64,000 bases of DNA from an uncultured virus (IMG/VR IMGVR_UViG_3300044655_000681). Taxonomy: Duplodnaviria; Heunggongvirae; Uroviricota; Caudoviricetes. Shown in pieces: positions 1 to 8,266 of the stretch (position 1 is the stretch's first letter; each line of letters opens with the position of its first letter). The notes below the pieces were generated by a model. It did not search any database and was not told where the DNA came from. It worked only from the letters and a program-made list of their open reading frames with translations. Location: the IMG/VR virus record IMGVR_UViG_3300044655_000681; one strand, 5' to 3'. The translations under genes and the position numbers were made by a program.

Positions 1-2
1 AC

Positions 3-131
3 ACACCCGAAATTAAACACATCAACGGCATGATTTATATGAATGACGGTGATTGGGTTGAAAGTTGTAGTGCCCTAGTAGAAGATTATGAAGGACGCTG
101 GGATATTATATATTGGAATGAAATTAAATAG
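3..131 (+). CDS. 3' end of a calcineurin-like metallophosphoesterase (UDP-2,3-diacylglucosamine diphosphatase/LpxH-like or PlcP-like); partial at window edge
   Basis: Frame 3 reads TPEIKHINGMIYMNDGDWVESCSALVEDYEGRWDIIYWNEIK*; Y.NDGDWVESC.ALVE is the C-terminal signature of this family. Confidence 0.75.
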   Translation, partial: TPEIKHINGMIYMNDGDWVESCSALVEDYEGRWDIIYWNEIK

Positions 132-143
132 GAGAGAATGTAA

Positions 144-1571
144 ATGACAATTCAACAGATTAAATCAATGATGTATTATGTAGTAGTAGCATTAGCTGTA
201 TCAATGGCCGGCTTAAAGCAAGCTCACGCAGACAGTACCACAGACATTGTCAATGCTTTAATTATGAAAGGGGTACTAACCGAAGAAGAAGGTGCTCTAA
301 TTAATAAAGGTCGCACTGGCGAAACAGGCGCAGTTAAAAAAGAGAAAGACGCTACAGTCCATGCGGCCAGCAAAATGAATATACGTGGCTACTTACAAAT
401 ACGAAATACTACTATGCTTAGTGGCGACGAAGGAGTTAACCTTTGGTCGGATCGATCTGTAGGTAATAAAAATTCTCTTGCTGACCAAGACAAAAACTTC
501 TTGATCCGACGTGCCCGTGTTATTATATCGGGTTCAGCAGGTGATCGTTTAGATTACTATATTCAACCTGACTTTGCTAGTACAGCAGGTACCACGGGTA
601 ACGTTGCGCAACTACGTGATGCCTATGGTGACGTATATCTAACCAAAGACAAAGTACATCGTGTGCGTGTAGGTCAAAGTAAAGTACCATATGGCTTTGA
701 AAACTTACAGTCTTCGCAAAATCGTTTAGCACTTGATCGTGCTGATGCCTTTAACAGCGCAGTACGTGATGAACGTGATTTAGGTGCGTTCTACTACTAC
801 ACACCAGATAATGTACAAAAGCTGTTTAAAGAAATACAAGATGGTGGTTTAAAACATTCAGGTAACTATGGTATGTTTGGCGTTGGTATATATAACGGCC
901 AGGGTGCTAACCAACAAGAGCGTAACGATAATTATCATACAGTGGCACGTTTTACTTACCCATGGAAAACAGCAAGCGGACAAATATACGAAGCTGGCGT
1001 ACAAGGTTATACAGGCAAGTATGTAAGAACAGGCAGTGCCTACAGAAGAAACATGGGCAACAACGTTTACGCAACTAAAACACCAACATTAGAACCAGGC
1101 AACACAACTGGATTCAAAGACGAACGAGTAGGTGTAAGTTTTATGATGTACCCACAACCGTTTGGTCTACAAGGTGAGTGGAACTGGGGCAAAACTCCTG
1201 GCTTAGATACCTCTGCTAGTACTGATGGTATTATCAAAGAAACTAACCTAAACGGTGGCTACATTCAAACTATGTATAAAATTGATAACTTCAAAGTTGG
1301 CGATACTAATGGTACATTAATTCCGTTTGTTAGATGGCAATACTTTGACGGTGCGTCAAAAGCAGAAACTAACTCACCAATGAACAAGGTAAATGATTGG
1401 GAGATGGGTGCTGAATGGCAAATTGCTCCAGAAGTTGAACTTGTGGCTTACTATCATATGATGAATCGTAGCAATTTAGTAACAGGCGCATCAGCTACTA
1501 CACTAGTAAAACAAGACTATGCTAACTTTAAAGCAGACGCCCTACGTGTTCAACTACAGTATAACTTTTAA
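144..1571 (+). CDS. Phosphate-selective porin (OprO/OprP family)
   Basis: Signal peptide, motifs IRRARV, LRDAY, RVGQSKVPYGFENLQSSQNRLALDR, C-terminal aromatic residue (QLQYNF); AGGAG RBS. Confidence 0.8.
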   Translation: MTIQQIKSMMYYVVVALAVSMAGLKQAHADSTTDIVNALIMKGVLTEEEGALINKGRTGETGAVKKEKDATVHAASKMNIRGYLQIRNTTMLSGDEGVNLWSDRSVGNKNSLADQDKNFLIRRARVIISGSAGDRLDYYIQPDFASTAGTTGNVAQLRDAYGDVYLTKDKVHRVRVGQSKVPYGFENLQSSQNRLALDRADAFNSAVRDERDLGAFYYYTPDNVQKLFKEIQDGGLKHSGNYGMFGVGIYNGQGANQQERNDNYHTVARFTYPWKTASGQIYEAGVQGYTGKYVRTGSAYRRNMGNNVYATKTPTLEPGNTTGFKDERVGVSFMMYPQPFGLQGEWNWGKTPGLDTSASTDGIIKETNLNGGYIQTMYKIDNFKVGDTNGTLIPFVRWQYFDGASKAETNSPMNKVNDWEMGAEWQIAPEVELVAYYHMMNRSNLVTGASATTLVKQDYANFKADALRVQLQYNF

Positions 1572-1798
1572 TCGCAAGAAAATTACTGGTCTTTAATGAT
1601 TTTACGTATGTTATTTAGGCTCTAACGGTGTTACTATATGTATAAGTACTAGTAACAAGCAAACAGTAATGTGAACTTGTTGCGATACTTGAAGTAAAGC
1701 AATCTCAAGTCGGACCTTTGTAGTACAATTTTTGTGTTACATCTCCGATGATCTGATTTGTGATTATTAACGTAATTTACAAATTTAGGAGAAATACT

Positions 1799-2114
1799 AT
1801 GTGGACTAAACCAGCAGCAACTGAAATGCGCTTTGGTTTAACGAAATAGGGACCAAATAAAATTGGGTGAATTGCTGGAACCTCTGAACATTAAGTTGAA
1901 GACAATCAGCAGCCAAGCTAGTTAGGGATAATTAGAAGGTTCAACGACTAATAGCATACCACTAGAACAGTGATGAAGCTAACACGAGCGCCCGACAATA
2001 TAGAAATATATTGATGATATAGTCTGAACAATATAGAAATATATTGATGGTAAGGATAAAGAGCCATACCGATAACACAAAGTCGAGATCACTATGTACG
2101 TAATGAACAAGTAA
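1799..2114 (+). CDS. pqqA: PQQ precursor peptide PqqA, split gene: exon 1 1799-1838, exon 2 2083-2114; spliced product MWTKPAATEMRFGFEITMYVMNK (23 aa)
   Basis: AGGAG RBS at 1787-1791; joining GGT T | TC GAG ATC ACT ATG TAC GTA ATG AAC AAG TAA restores the PqqA pattern MW.KP....R.GFE.TMY with ExxxY. Confidence 0.95.
1839..2082 (+). ncRNA. Group I self-splicing intron (244 nt, no ORF, IA-like) within pqqA
   Basis: P1: exon TTTGGTT (1832-1838) pairs with GACCAAA (1851-1857), U1838.G1851 wobble at the 5' splice site; P3 TTGGGTG 1863-69/CGCCCGA 1989-95; P4 TTGCTG 1872-77/CAGCAG 1907-12; P7 GACTA 1946-50/TAGTC 2020-24; extra stem between P7 and P3; terminal G2082. Confidence 0.93.
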
Positions 2115-2174
2115 TTGTTTGTTTCAACATAGCGTTACAAGAAACTGAACTAGCATCAAAGTTCAAAAAGAAAG

Positions 2175-2203
2175 AAAAAGCCCTATTTCGATAGGGCTTT
2201 TTT
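2175..2203. terminator. Bidirectional intrinsic terminator between pqqA and the HNH gene
   Basis: AAAAAGCCCTAT-TTCG-ATAGGGCTTTTTT; overlaps the HNH stop codon. Confidence 0.85.
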
Positions 2204-2866
2204 GTGGGCAGCGGACATAGTTCTACCTTTAGTAAATCCTGTAGGACACTCACCGGCTCTTACATTTTTAACACCATCAGTCCACCAAGTATAAGTTCCT
2301 TTGCTATAAACTGCCGACATTTTATCTCGATGTTCTTGAGTCCATTCTTTTCCGGGTAATCCTTTTTTAGGACTCGGTTGACCTTTGCGACTATTAGAGA
2401 TATTTTGTTTGGCTTCTTTGCCACGCTTCATACCTATATGAGGATGCTTGCCGTTACTGTACAATGCTTTTTTAGTAGCAGACATTTTAGCCTTTGCTTC
2501 ATCTGAGTGGTGTTTACGATAAAAGGAATTACCTTCGCCTTGTTGTTCTAAACTTCTCTTACTGGCATAATCTCTTCTAACAGTTTCATATAAGCGACTG
2601 TTAAAATATCTATCTTGATAGCCGTTAGCGGATTTCATGAGTATAGCTGCGTGTAACATTTTGTTTCTATCTTGTCCTGTTGTAAACTTTGTTAGTAGGA
2701 TATGGCAAATAAAGTGTTCGCGAGCTGTAAGGGCAACTAAGTTATCAGCATCGTCACTACCGCCTAAACTACGAGGCATAATGTGATGTAGTTCTGTGTA
2801 GCCTTCTAATACTCTATTACGAGCACAGACAATGATGTTGTTGTACCAAGTTTTATATTTGTTCAT
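2183..2866 (-). CDS. Free-standing HNH homing endonuclease with NUMOD3-like DNA-binding repeats
   Basis: YTELHHIMPRSLGGSDDADNLVALTAREHFICHILL HNH motif; HSDEAKAKMS NUMOD3-like motif; start chosen at MNKYK (2866), 5 nt after an ATAAATA late-type promoter. Confidence 0.88.
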   Translation of the reverse strand: MNKYKTWYNNIIVCARNRVLEGYTELHHIMPRSLGGSDDADNLVALTAREHFICHILLTKFTTGQDRNKMLHAAILMKSANGYQDRYFNSRLYETVRRDYASKRSLEQQGEGNSFYRKHHSDEAKAKMSATKKALYSNGKHPHIGMKRGKEAKQNISNSRKGQPSPKKGLPGKEWTQEHRDKMSAVYSKGTYTWWTDGVKNVRAGECPTGFTKGRTMSAAHKKALSK

Positions 2867-3019
2867 AATATTATTTATCACTTTGAAGTCATTATGTATA
2901 AACAAAACTTATTACGGCCATTTAAAAATACAATTAAAAAAACCTATTAATCAGGCTTTTTTTATTAAAAATTTTAATATATAATATATGTACATTAATA
3001 ATTTAATAAGGAGAAATAA

Positions 3020-3586
3020 ATGAGTTTAATCGGAAAACAAGTAGAAGAATTTAAAGCACAAGCATACCGTCAAGGCCAGTTTGTAGAAGTATCAGAGCAA
3101 GACTTAAAAGGTCGTTGGAGCATAGTATTCTTTTATCCAGCAGACTTTACATTTGTCTGCCCAACAGAATTAGCAGACTTACAAGACGCATACGCAAGTG
3201 ACTTCAAAGGCTTGGGCGTTGAAGTATACAGCGTAAGCACAGACACACACTTTGTACACAAAGCATGGGCAGATGCTACAGACACAATCCGTAACATCAC
3301 CTACACAATGATTGGTGATGCTAACCATCAGTTGGCTCGTCAATTTGGTGTGCTAATTGAAAGCGAAGGCTTAGCCGACCGCGGTACGTTTGTTATTGAT
3401 CCAGATGGTGTAGTACAGATCATTGAAATCAATCCAGGTGGCGTGGGTCGTGATGCTAAAGAGTTACTACGTAAAGTTAAAGCGGCAAAGTATACACGTG
3501 AACATCCAGGTGAAGTATGTCCGGCTAAATGGCAAGAAGGAAGTGCTACACTAGCACCAAGTTTGGATCTAGTTGGTAAACTATAA
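3020..3586 (+). CDS. ahpC: Alkyl hydroperoxide reductase C (2-Cys peroxiredoxin)
   Basis: [14 protein letters not shown] and GEVCPAKW motifs, C-terminal SLDLVGK. Confidence 0.95.
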   Translation: MSLIGKQVEEFKAQAYRQGQFVEVSEQDLKGRWSIVFFYPADFTFVCPTELADLQDAYASDFKGLGVEVYSVSTDTHFVHKAWADATDTIRNITYTMIGDANHQLARQFGVLIESEGLADRGTFVIDPDGVVQIIEINPGGVGRDAKELLRKVKAAKYTREHPGEVCPAKWQEGSATLAPSLDLVGKL

Positions 3587-3593
3587 TTAAATT

Positions 3594-3625
3594 ACGCCCT
3601 ACCAAAATGCGTAGGGCGTTCTCTT
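3594..3625 (+). terminator. Probable intrinsic terminator after ahpC
   Basis: ACGCCCTAC...GTAGGGCGT stem followed by TCTCTT. Confidence 0.55.
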
Positions 3626-3652
3626 GACTAGAATAAATATTGATAGTATAAT
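3624..3652 (+). promoter_or_regulatory. sigma70-type promoter (leaderless start of cyclase gene)
   Basis: TTGACT-17nt-TATAAT with ATG 7 nt downstream. Confidence 0.75.
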
Positions 3653-3658
3653 AATACT

Positions 3659-5683
3659 ATGATGAAAAATAAACTTAAAAAACTTCTAGTCAGTCCGTGG
3701 ACTGCGTTAATTACATTAGCTGTTATTGTAGTAGTAATCCTACAAGGACCTACGTTTGTAGAGTCAGTTAGACTCAGATACTTTGACACACTCATTGGCG
3801 GCAAGGCTCCTACAGAAAATAATATCTATACTGTAAACATAGATGAAGCTACATTAGACAAGTACGGGCAATGGCCATTTAAGCGTGACGAGTACGCTGA
3901 CCTAATTGATGACCTATACAAACATGGTGCCGGATTAGTTGTTTGGACCGTTATGATGCCGGAAGCAGATCGTCAAGGTGGCGATGCGGCCTTAGCATTA
4001 GAGCTAGAAGATCATCCAGTTATCTTAACTAATATGCCTAGTGAGACTAGTAAAAACATTCCACGTAAACCAGGCAGTGCTGTTATTGGTGACGAGTATA
4101 GCAACACAATTATTACCTATCCGGGTATTATTGCTAATATTCCAGAACTAGAACGTAATGCCGCAGGTGTTGGTATTGCTAATACGTTTCCAGAAGTAGA
4201 TGGGGTTAATCGTCGACTACCGTTGTTTGTTGGTTATGACAATAATGTATACCCAAGTATTCCATTAGAAGTATTACGTGTTATATCGCAGGACTCAACA
4301 TTCCAAGTTAAGCTAAATGAATTTGGTGTAGAGAAAATGCGCATACCAAGTTTCCGTCCTATTAGCACAGACAGTTTGGGTCGCATTTGGGTAGATTGGA
4401 GTCAAAAGTCGCAACAGGTATCAGCAGTCAACTTACCTAAAGACTTTGGCGGTGCTGTGGTTATTGTAGGCCTAAGTGCCGCTGGTTTAGCTAATCCGGT
4501 ACCAACTAGTATTGGTAGTGTATGGCCACAAGACATGCAGGCCGCTGTTATTGGTACACTAGCCAACAACGTAAACATTGAACGTCCATTCTGGGCAGAC
4601 AATGCTGAACTATTAGCACTTATTGTTATCTCACTTATTATTTTAATCTTAAGCCGTTGGGTATATGTTGGCTTAGGTGTAGGTATTGTGTTACTTGCTG
4701 GTATTACTCCGCTAACAATGTATGCGTTTGCGCATTACAACTTCTTGTTTGATGCTATTGTGCCAACAGCTGGTGGTGTACTGGTTATGCTACACGCTTA
4801 TGGTGTTAAGTTTATTAGTGAGTTCTTACAGAAACAACAGATCAAGAAACAATTTGGTAGCTATGTAAGTCCTGTGATTGTTGAACGCTTACAAAAAGAT
4901 CCAAGCCTAATTCGTTTAGGTGGCGAGGAAAAACAACTTACTGCGGTTATGACAGACATGCGTAACTTCACTGGCCTTGGCGAACGGTATGGTGCGGATG
5001 TAGAAGGTTTCACTGCTATCATGAACGCCTATATGACTGCTATCAGTAAACCTGTGTTTGCTAACGATGGTACACTGATTAAGTTCATCGGTGATGCGTC
5101 ATTACATATTCACGGTGCTCCTATTGATGATATTGATCATGCCTACAACGGTGTTAAGACCGCATTAGAAATGATTGAAGCAGTTGACAAGTTTAATGAA
5201 CATTTAGACAGCATTGGCAAACCACATGTAGGTATGGGCTGTGGAGTTAATACAGGCAAGATCCTAGTAGGTAACATTGGTAGTGAAGGCAAGATGGGCT
5301 ACGATGTATTGGGCGATCCTGTTAGTGTAGCGAGTCGTTTAGAAAGTCAAACTAAATCATATGGTGTGTTAATGATCATAGGCCCAGACACTGCTGAATT
5401 AGTTAAAGATCGTTTTGAACTGGTGTGGCTAGACAAGATTGCTGTTAAAGGTAAAGCAATTGGCCTAGACATCTACACTGTGGGCCATACTGTCGCGCAC
5501 ATGCACGAAGAATATCGTAAAGAATATACTCGAGGTGATTGGAAGAAAGCTATCATGTGGGCTAAGAAATTAGTTAACAACGACGAAGTAACAATTAAAC
5601 ATTATTATGAACTAATGATTGAACGTATGGAAGGTGGATTACCAGCAAATTGGGACGGCACTTACCATGCTACGAGCAAGTAG
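3659..5683 (+). CDS. CHASE2-domain class III adenylate/guanylate cyclase, membrane bound
   Basis: CHASE2 motifs (VNIDEATLDKYGQWPF, DGVNRRLPL), three TM helices, cyclase motifs TDMRNFT, KFIGDA, GNIGS..MGYDVLGDPVSVASRLE. Confidence 0.9.
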   Translation: MMKNKLKKLLVSPWTALITLAVIVVVILQGPTFVESVRLRYFDTLIGGKAPTENNIYTVNIDEATLDKYGQWPFKRDEYADLIDDLYKHGAGLVVWTVMMPEADRQGGDAALALELEDHPVILTNMPSETSKNIPRKPGSAVIGDEYSNTIITYPGIIANIPELERNAAGVGIANTFPEVDGVNRRLPLFVGYDNNVYPSIPLEVLRVISQDSTFQVKLNEFGVEKMRIPSFRPISTDSLGRIWVDWSQKSQQVSAVNLPKDFGGAVVIVGLSAAGLANPVPTSIGSVWPQDMQAAVIGTLANNVNIERPFWADNAELLALIVISLIILILSRWVYVGLGVGIVLLAGITPLTMYAFAHYNFLFDAIVPTAGGVLVMLHAYGVKFISEFLQKQQIKKQFGSYVSPVIVERLQKDPSLIRLGGEEKQLTAVMTDMRNFTGLGERYGADVEGFTAIMNAYMTAISKPVFANDGTLIKFIGDASLHIHGAPIDDIDHAYNGVKTALEMIEAVDKFNEHLDSIGKPHVGMGCGVNTGKILVGNIGSEGKMGYDVLGDPVSVASRLESQTKSYGVLMIIGPDTAELVKDRFELVWLDKIAVKGKAIGLDIYTVGHTVAHMHEEYRKEYTRGDWKKAIMWAKKLVNNDEVTIKHYYELMIERMEGGLPANWDGTYHATSK

Positions 5684-6458
5684 TTTTATATTACTGCTAT
5701 TATTTTGCTCCGCAGTGGTAGCAAAACCAATTACAGCAAAATCATTTTTAGTATCTGATACTACTGGTGAAGTTATATTAGAAAAGAATGCTGATCATGT
5801 ACAACCTATCGCTAGCATTACTAAACTAATGACGGTAATGGTTGTACTAAATGCTAATCAAAACTTAGATGAAATGATCACACTTGATCGTAGATTGGTC
5901 GGCAAGTATCATACTCGACTACCTCGTAGTGTTAAACAACTTACTCGTGGTGAGTTGATTGATCTTGCTATTGTTAAGAGTGATAACTTTGCCGCATATA
6001 CGTTAGGCGCAAATTATCCAGGCGGTGTGGCACGATGTATTGCTGAGATGAATCACATTGCGTTTGTACTAGGTATGTCAAGTACAACGTTTGCTGATCC
6101 AACTGGATTAGATCCTAACAATGTCAGTAATGCCCGTGACCTAAGTAAGTTAGTGCTGGCCGCAAACGAATATACAAAGATTACTGAAGCCAGCGGTAAA
6201 CCGCAGGTAAGCATACAAGTTAAACGTCGTTGGTGGCAGTTTGGTAACACTAATCCAATGGTTAGAAATAGCAACGATGTGCGAGTTAGTAAAACAGGTT
6301 ATATTGGTGCTAGCGGTGGTTGTGTGGTTATGTTACTTGATACTGAACTAGGACAGCGTGTAATTGTATTACTTGGTAGTAAAAATACTCGTACTAGATT
6401 TCCAGAAGCACAAAAAATCGCTGTAACAGTAAGCCACAGCGATATTGATGTTGATTAG
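5667..6458 (+). CDS. D-alanyl-D-alanine carboxy/endopeptidase (peptidase S11, PBP7-like)
   Basis: ASITKLMT (SxxK), SDN, KTG motifs; signal peptide from MLRASS. Confidence 0.88.
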   Translation: MLRASSFILLLLFCSAVVAKPITAKSFLVSDTTGEVILEKNADHVQPIASITKLMTVMVVLNANQNLDEMITLDRRLVGKYHTRLPRSVKQLTRGELIDLAIVKSDNFAAYTLGANYPGGVARCIAEMNHIAFVLGMSSTTFADPTGLDPNNVSNARDLSKLVLAANEYTKITEASGKPQVSIQVKRRWWQFGNTNPMVRNSNDVRVSKTGYIGASGGCVVMLLDTELGQRVIVLLGSKNTRTRFPEAQKIAVTVSHSDIDVD

Positions 6459-6781
6459 TCACTACCGCCACTAGCGGCTTTGTCATCTTCTGATTTTTTA
6501 TGAACTGCTTGATTAATTTCTTTCTCAGCTTCAACACGTTCATACTCAATAGTTTTACCACGTAGATGTAACACAGTGTTTACTTTTTGATTTAATCTTA
6601 TCAAATCGTTGTCTAGCATACGTATGCGATCTATCAAGGCAATTAGCACAGTATTTGCGTCTGAAATGACTGGTTTTACCTCTTTTGTGGCCCATTCCCA
6701 CACGTATTTTATAATAAATCCCATACCCACTGCCATAACAATGGGAAAGCCATATTTGTTTACTAAATCTACTACATCCAT
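6455..6781 (-). CDS. Small membrane protein with one TM helix and a coiled coil; paralogue of 8266-8547
   Basis: YGFPIVMA-TM-LIDRIRMLDNDLIRL resembles LGFPVAMA-TM-LDNRVKTMNHDVVRI. Confidence 0.65.
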   Translation of the reverse strand: MDVVDLVNKYGFPIVMAVGMGFIIKYVWEWATKEVKPVISDANTVLIALIDRIRMLDNDLIRLNQKVNTVLHLRGKTIEYERVEAEKEINQAVHKKSEDDKAASGGSD

Positions 6782-7329
6782 AATAAAATCCCTTGTAGCA
6801 TTAAGAATATACCTGCGCCTGCTAGGACAAAACTGCCCCAGAACAATGCCATGCTAACACTTAAGATGCTTGCTGATAATAACACAATTGCTAGTTGATA
6901 TGCTGTACTAGCATAACCTACCCAAGGTAGTTGTTGTTTGTAATGATCACGATCTGCTTCTAATGCCTTGGCCTGAGTAAACAATGCTGGTTTACCTTCT
7001 TCGCCTAGTTCATAACTAGCGGCTTTATCACTAAACTTCTTAGCTTTGGCAGGATCTGTAATTTGCTGTGCGGCTAGTTCATACTGTGTTTGTTTAATAC
7101 TCTTAGCTTGATAGAATGCCCAGATGTCATTGGCTTGAATAGTGTTGTTCATTACTTTACTGTTTAAGCTACCTTGTAGCCACATGTTAAATGCTAACAG
7201 TGCCGCAAAGATGTTGATAACTAAACCAGCTTTTGATTTAATTAACTTTTCAGTTGCTGACTGATCTACTTCTTTACCGTCTTTCTTTTGACGTGTTACC
7301 ATCTTGATTACTGTATCGTGTAATGCCAT
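6772..7329 (-). CDS. DUF4337-like membrane protein
   Basis: ANDIWAFYQAKSIKQ motif; LQ/AIVLLSASIL-type TM segment. Confidence 0.65.
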   Translation of the reverse strand: MALHDTVIKMVTRQKKDGKEVDQSATEKLIKSKAGLVINIFAALLAFNMWLQGSLNSKVMNNTIQANDIWAFYQAKSIKQTQYELAAQQITDPAKAKKFSDKAASYELGEEGKPALFTQAKALEADRDHYKQQLPWVGYASTAYQLAIVLLSASILSVSMALFWGSFVLAGAGIFLMLQGILLWM

Positions 7330-8105
7330 TATCCATTATCTCCATCTGCCCATCGTCTTAAGTTAGCTGCATATCGGGTGATACTGTGATTAACAAAGAA
7401 GTTGATATTTTTACGTTTTAATCCTACTAAGAATCCGCGCCATACGTCTTTGGTCACTTGCCAGAATGTTAGGCTACGCAAGTAACCGTAGTGATTCATA
7501 TAGTACATGCCACCAAAGTGTCTAAACGGCCATAACGGAACACGTGCTACAATATCGGCATTGTTTACAAAACGGAAGTGTAGTACACCTGTTGCTTCGA
7601 TGCCTTTAATATAAGCCTTATTGCCCACTCTAGGACTACCATAGGTAAACAATGCCTGTGGATTGGGGCAAGATTCAGTACGTTGTAAGCGATAAGCTAC
7701 AATAGTTGCCATAGCGGCACCTAGACTATGCCCAGTACACCATACAGTGCGAGTTTTGCCATAGTCATTAGCAAGTTCTTCCAAATCGTGCCAAATATGA
7801 TCTACACTAGTTTTAAATCCTAGGTGATTTTTACCAACACCAGTTGAACTCTTAACTGGTATAGCCGCTAAGTCGCTAACAATATCAGCAAACTCTGTGG
7901 GTTCTGTACCTCGACAAACAATAACTAGGTCATCGTCATTCTTAAGCCAATATGCTTGGCTACCTTCACGATCGATAAACGTGGCATCAAATCCTAATTC
8001 AGCAAAAGCATTAACTCCGTCACGCGGTTCTAAATAAGCAATCTCACTAAACTTAGCCATTAACCAAGCCTGTTCTGGAAATGCTCGCATATTAATAGCT
8101 GACAT
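7329..8105 (-). CDS. Class 3 lipase (alpha/beta hydrolase)
   Basis: CRGTE, TGHSLGAA nucleophile elbow, YGSPRVGN, RFVNNADIVARVP, C-terminal H; start MSAIN overlaps upstream TAA. Confidence 0.9.
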   Translation of the reverse strand: MSAINMRAFPEQAWLMAKFSEIAYLEPRDGVNAFAELGFDATFIDREGSQAYWLKNDDDLVIVCRGTEPTEFADIVSDLAAIPVKSSTGVGKNHLGFKTSVDHIWHDLEELANDYGKTRTVWCTGHSLGAAMATIVAYRLQRTESCPNPQALFTYGSPRVGNKAYIKGIEATGVLHFRFVNNADIVARVPLWPFRHFGGMYYMNHYGYLRSLTFWQVTKDVWRGFLVGLKRKNINFFVNHSITRYAANLRRWADGDNG

Positions 8106-8266
8106 TATACTAGTACCCCTACTAAAAATCCTAAGAACGCACCGAAGAATAGTGCTATAACCATATCTCGATCGTGCCAAATTGGTTGATTTTTCATCCA
8201 TTCATAACTAGCTCTATGATACGGCCACTTAGTTTCGTCCCACTCAACTCTCCAACGATTTTTCAT
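8105..8266 (-). CDS. Small membrane protein, 53 aa (not in ORF track)
   Basis: MKNRWRVEWDETKWPYHRASYEWMKNQPIWHDRDMVIALFFGAFLGFLVGVLV*; TAATG overlaps at both ends. Confidence 0.7.
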   Translation of the reverse strand: MKNRWRVEWDETKWPYHRASYEWMKNQPIWHDRDMVIALFFGAFLGFLVGVLV

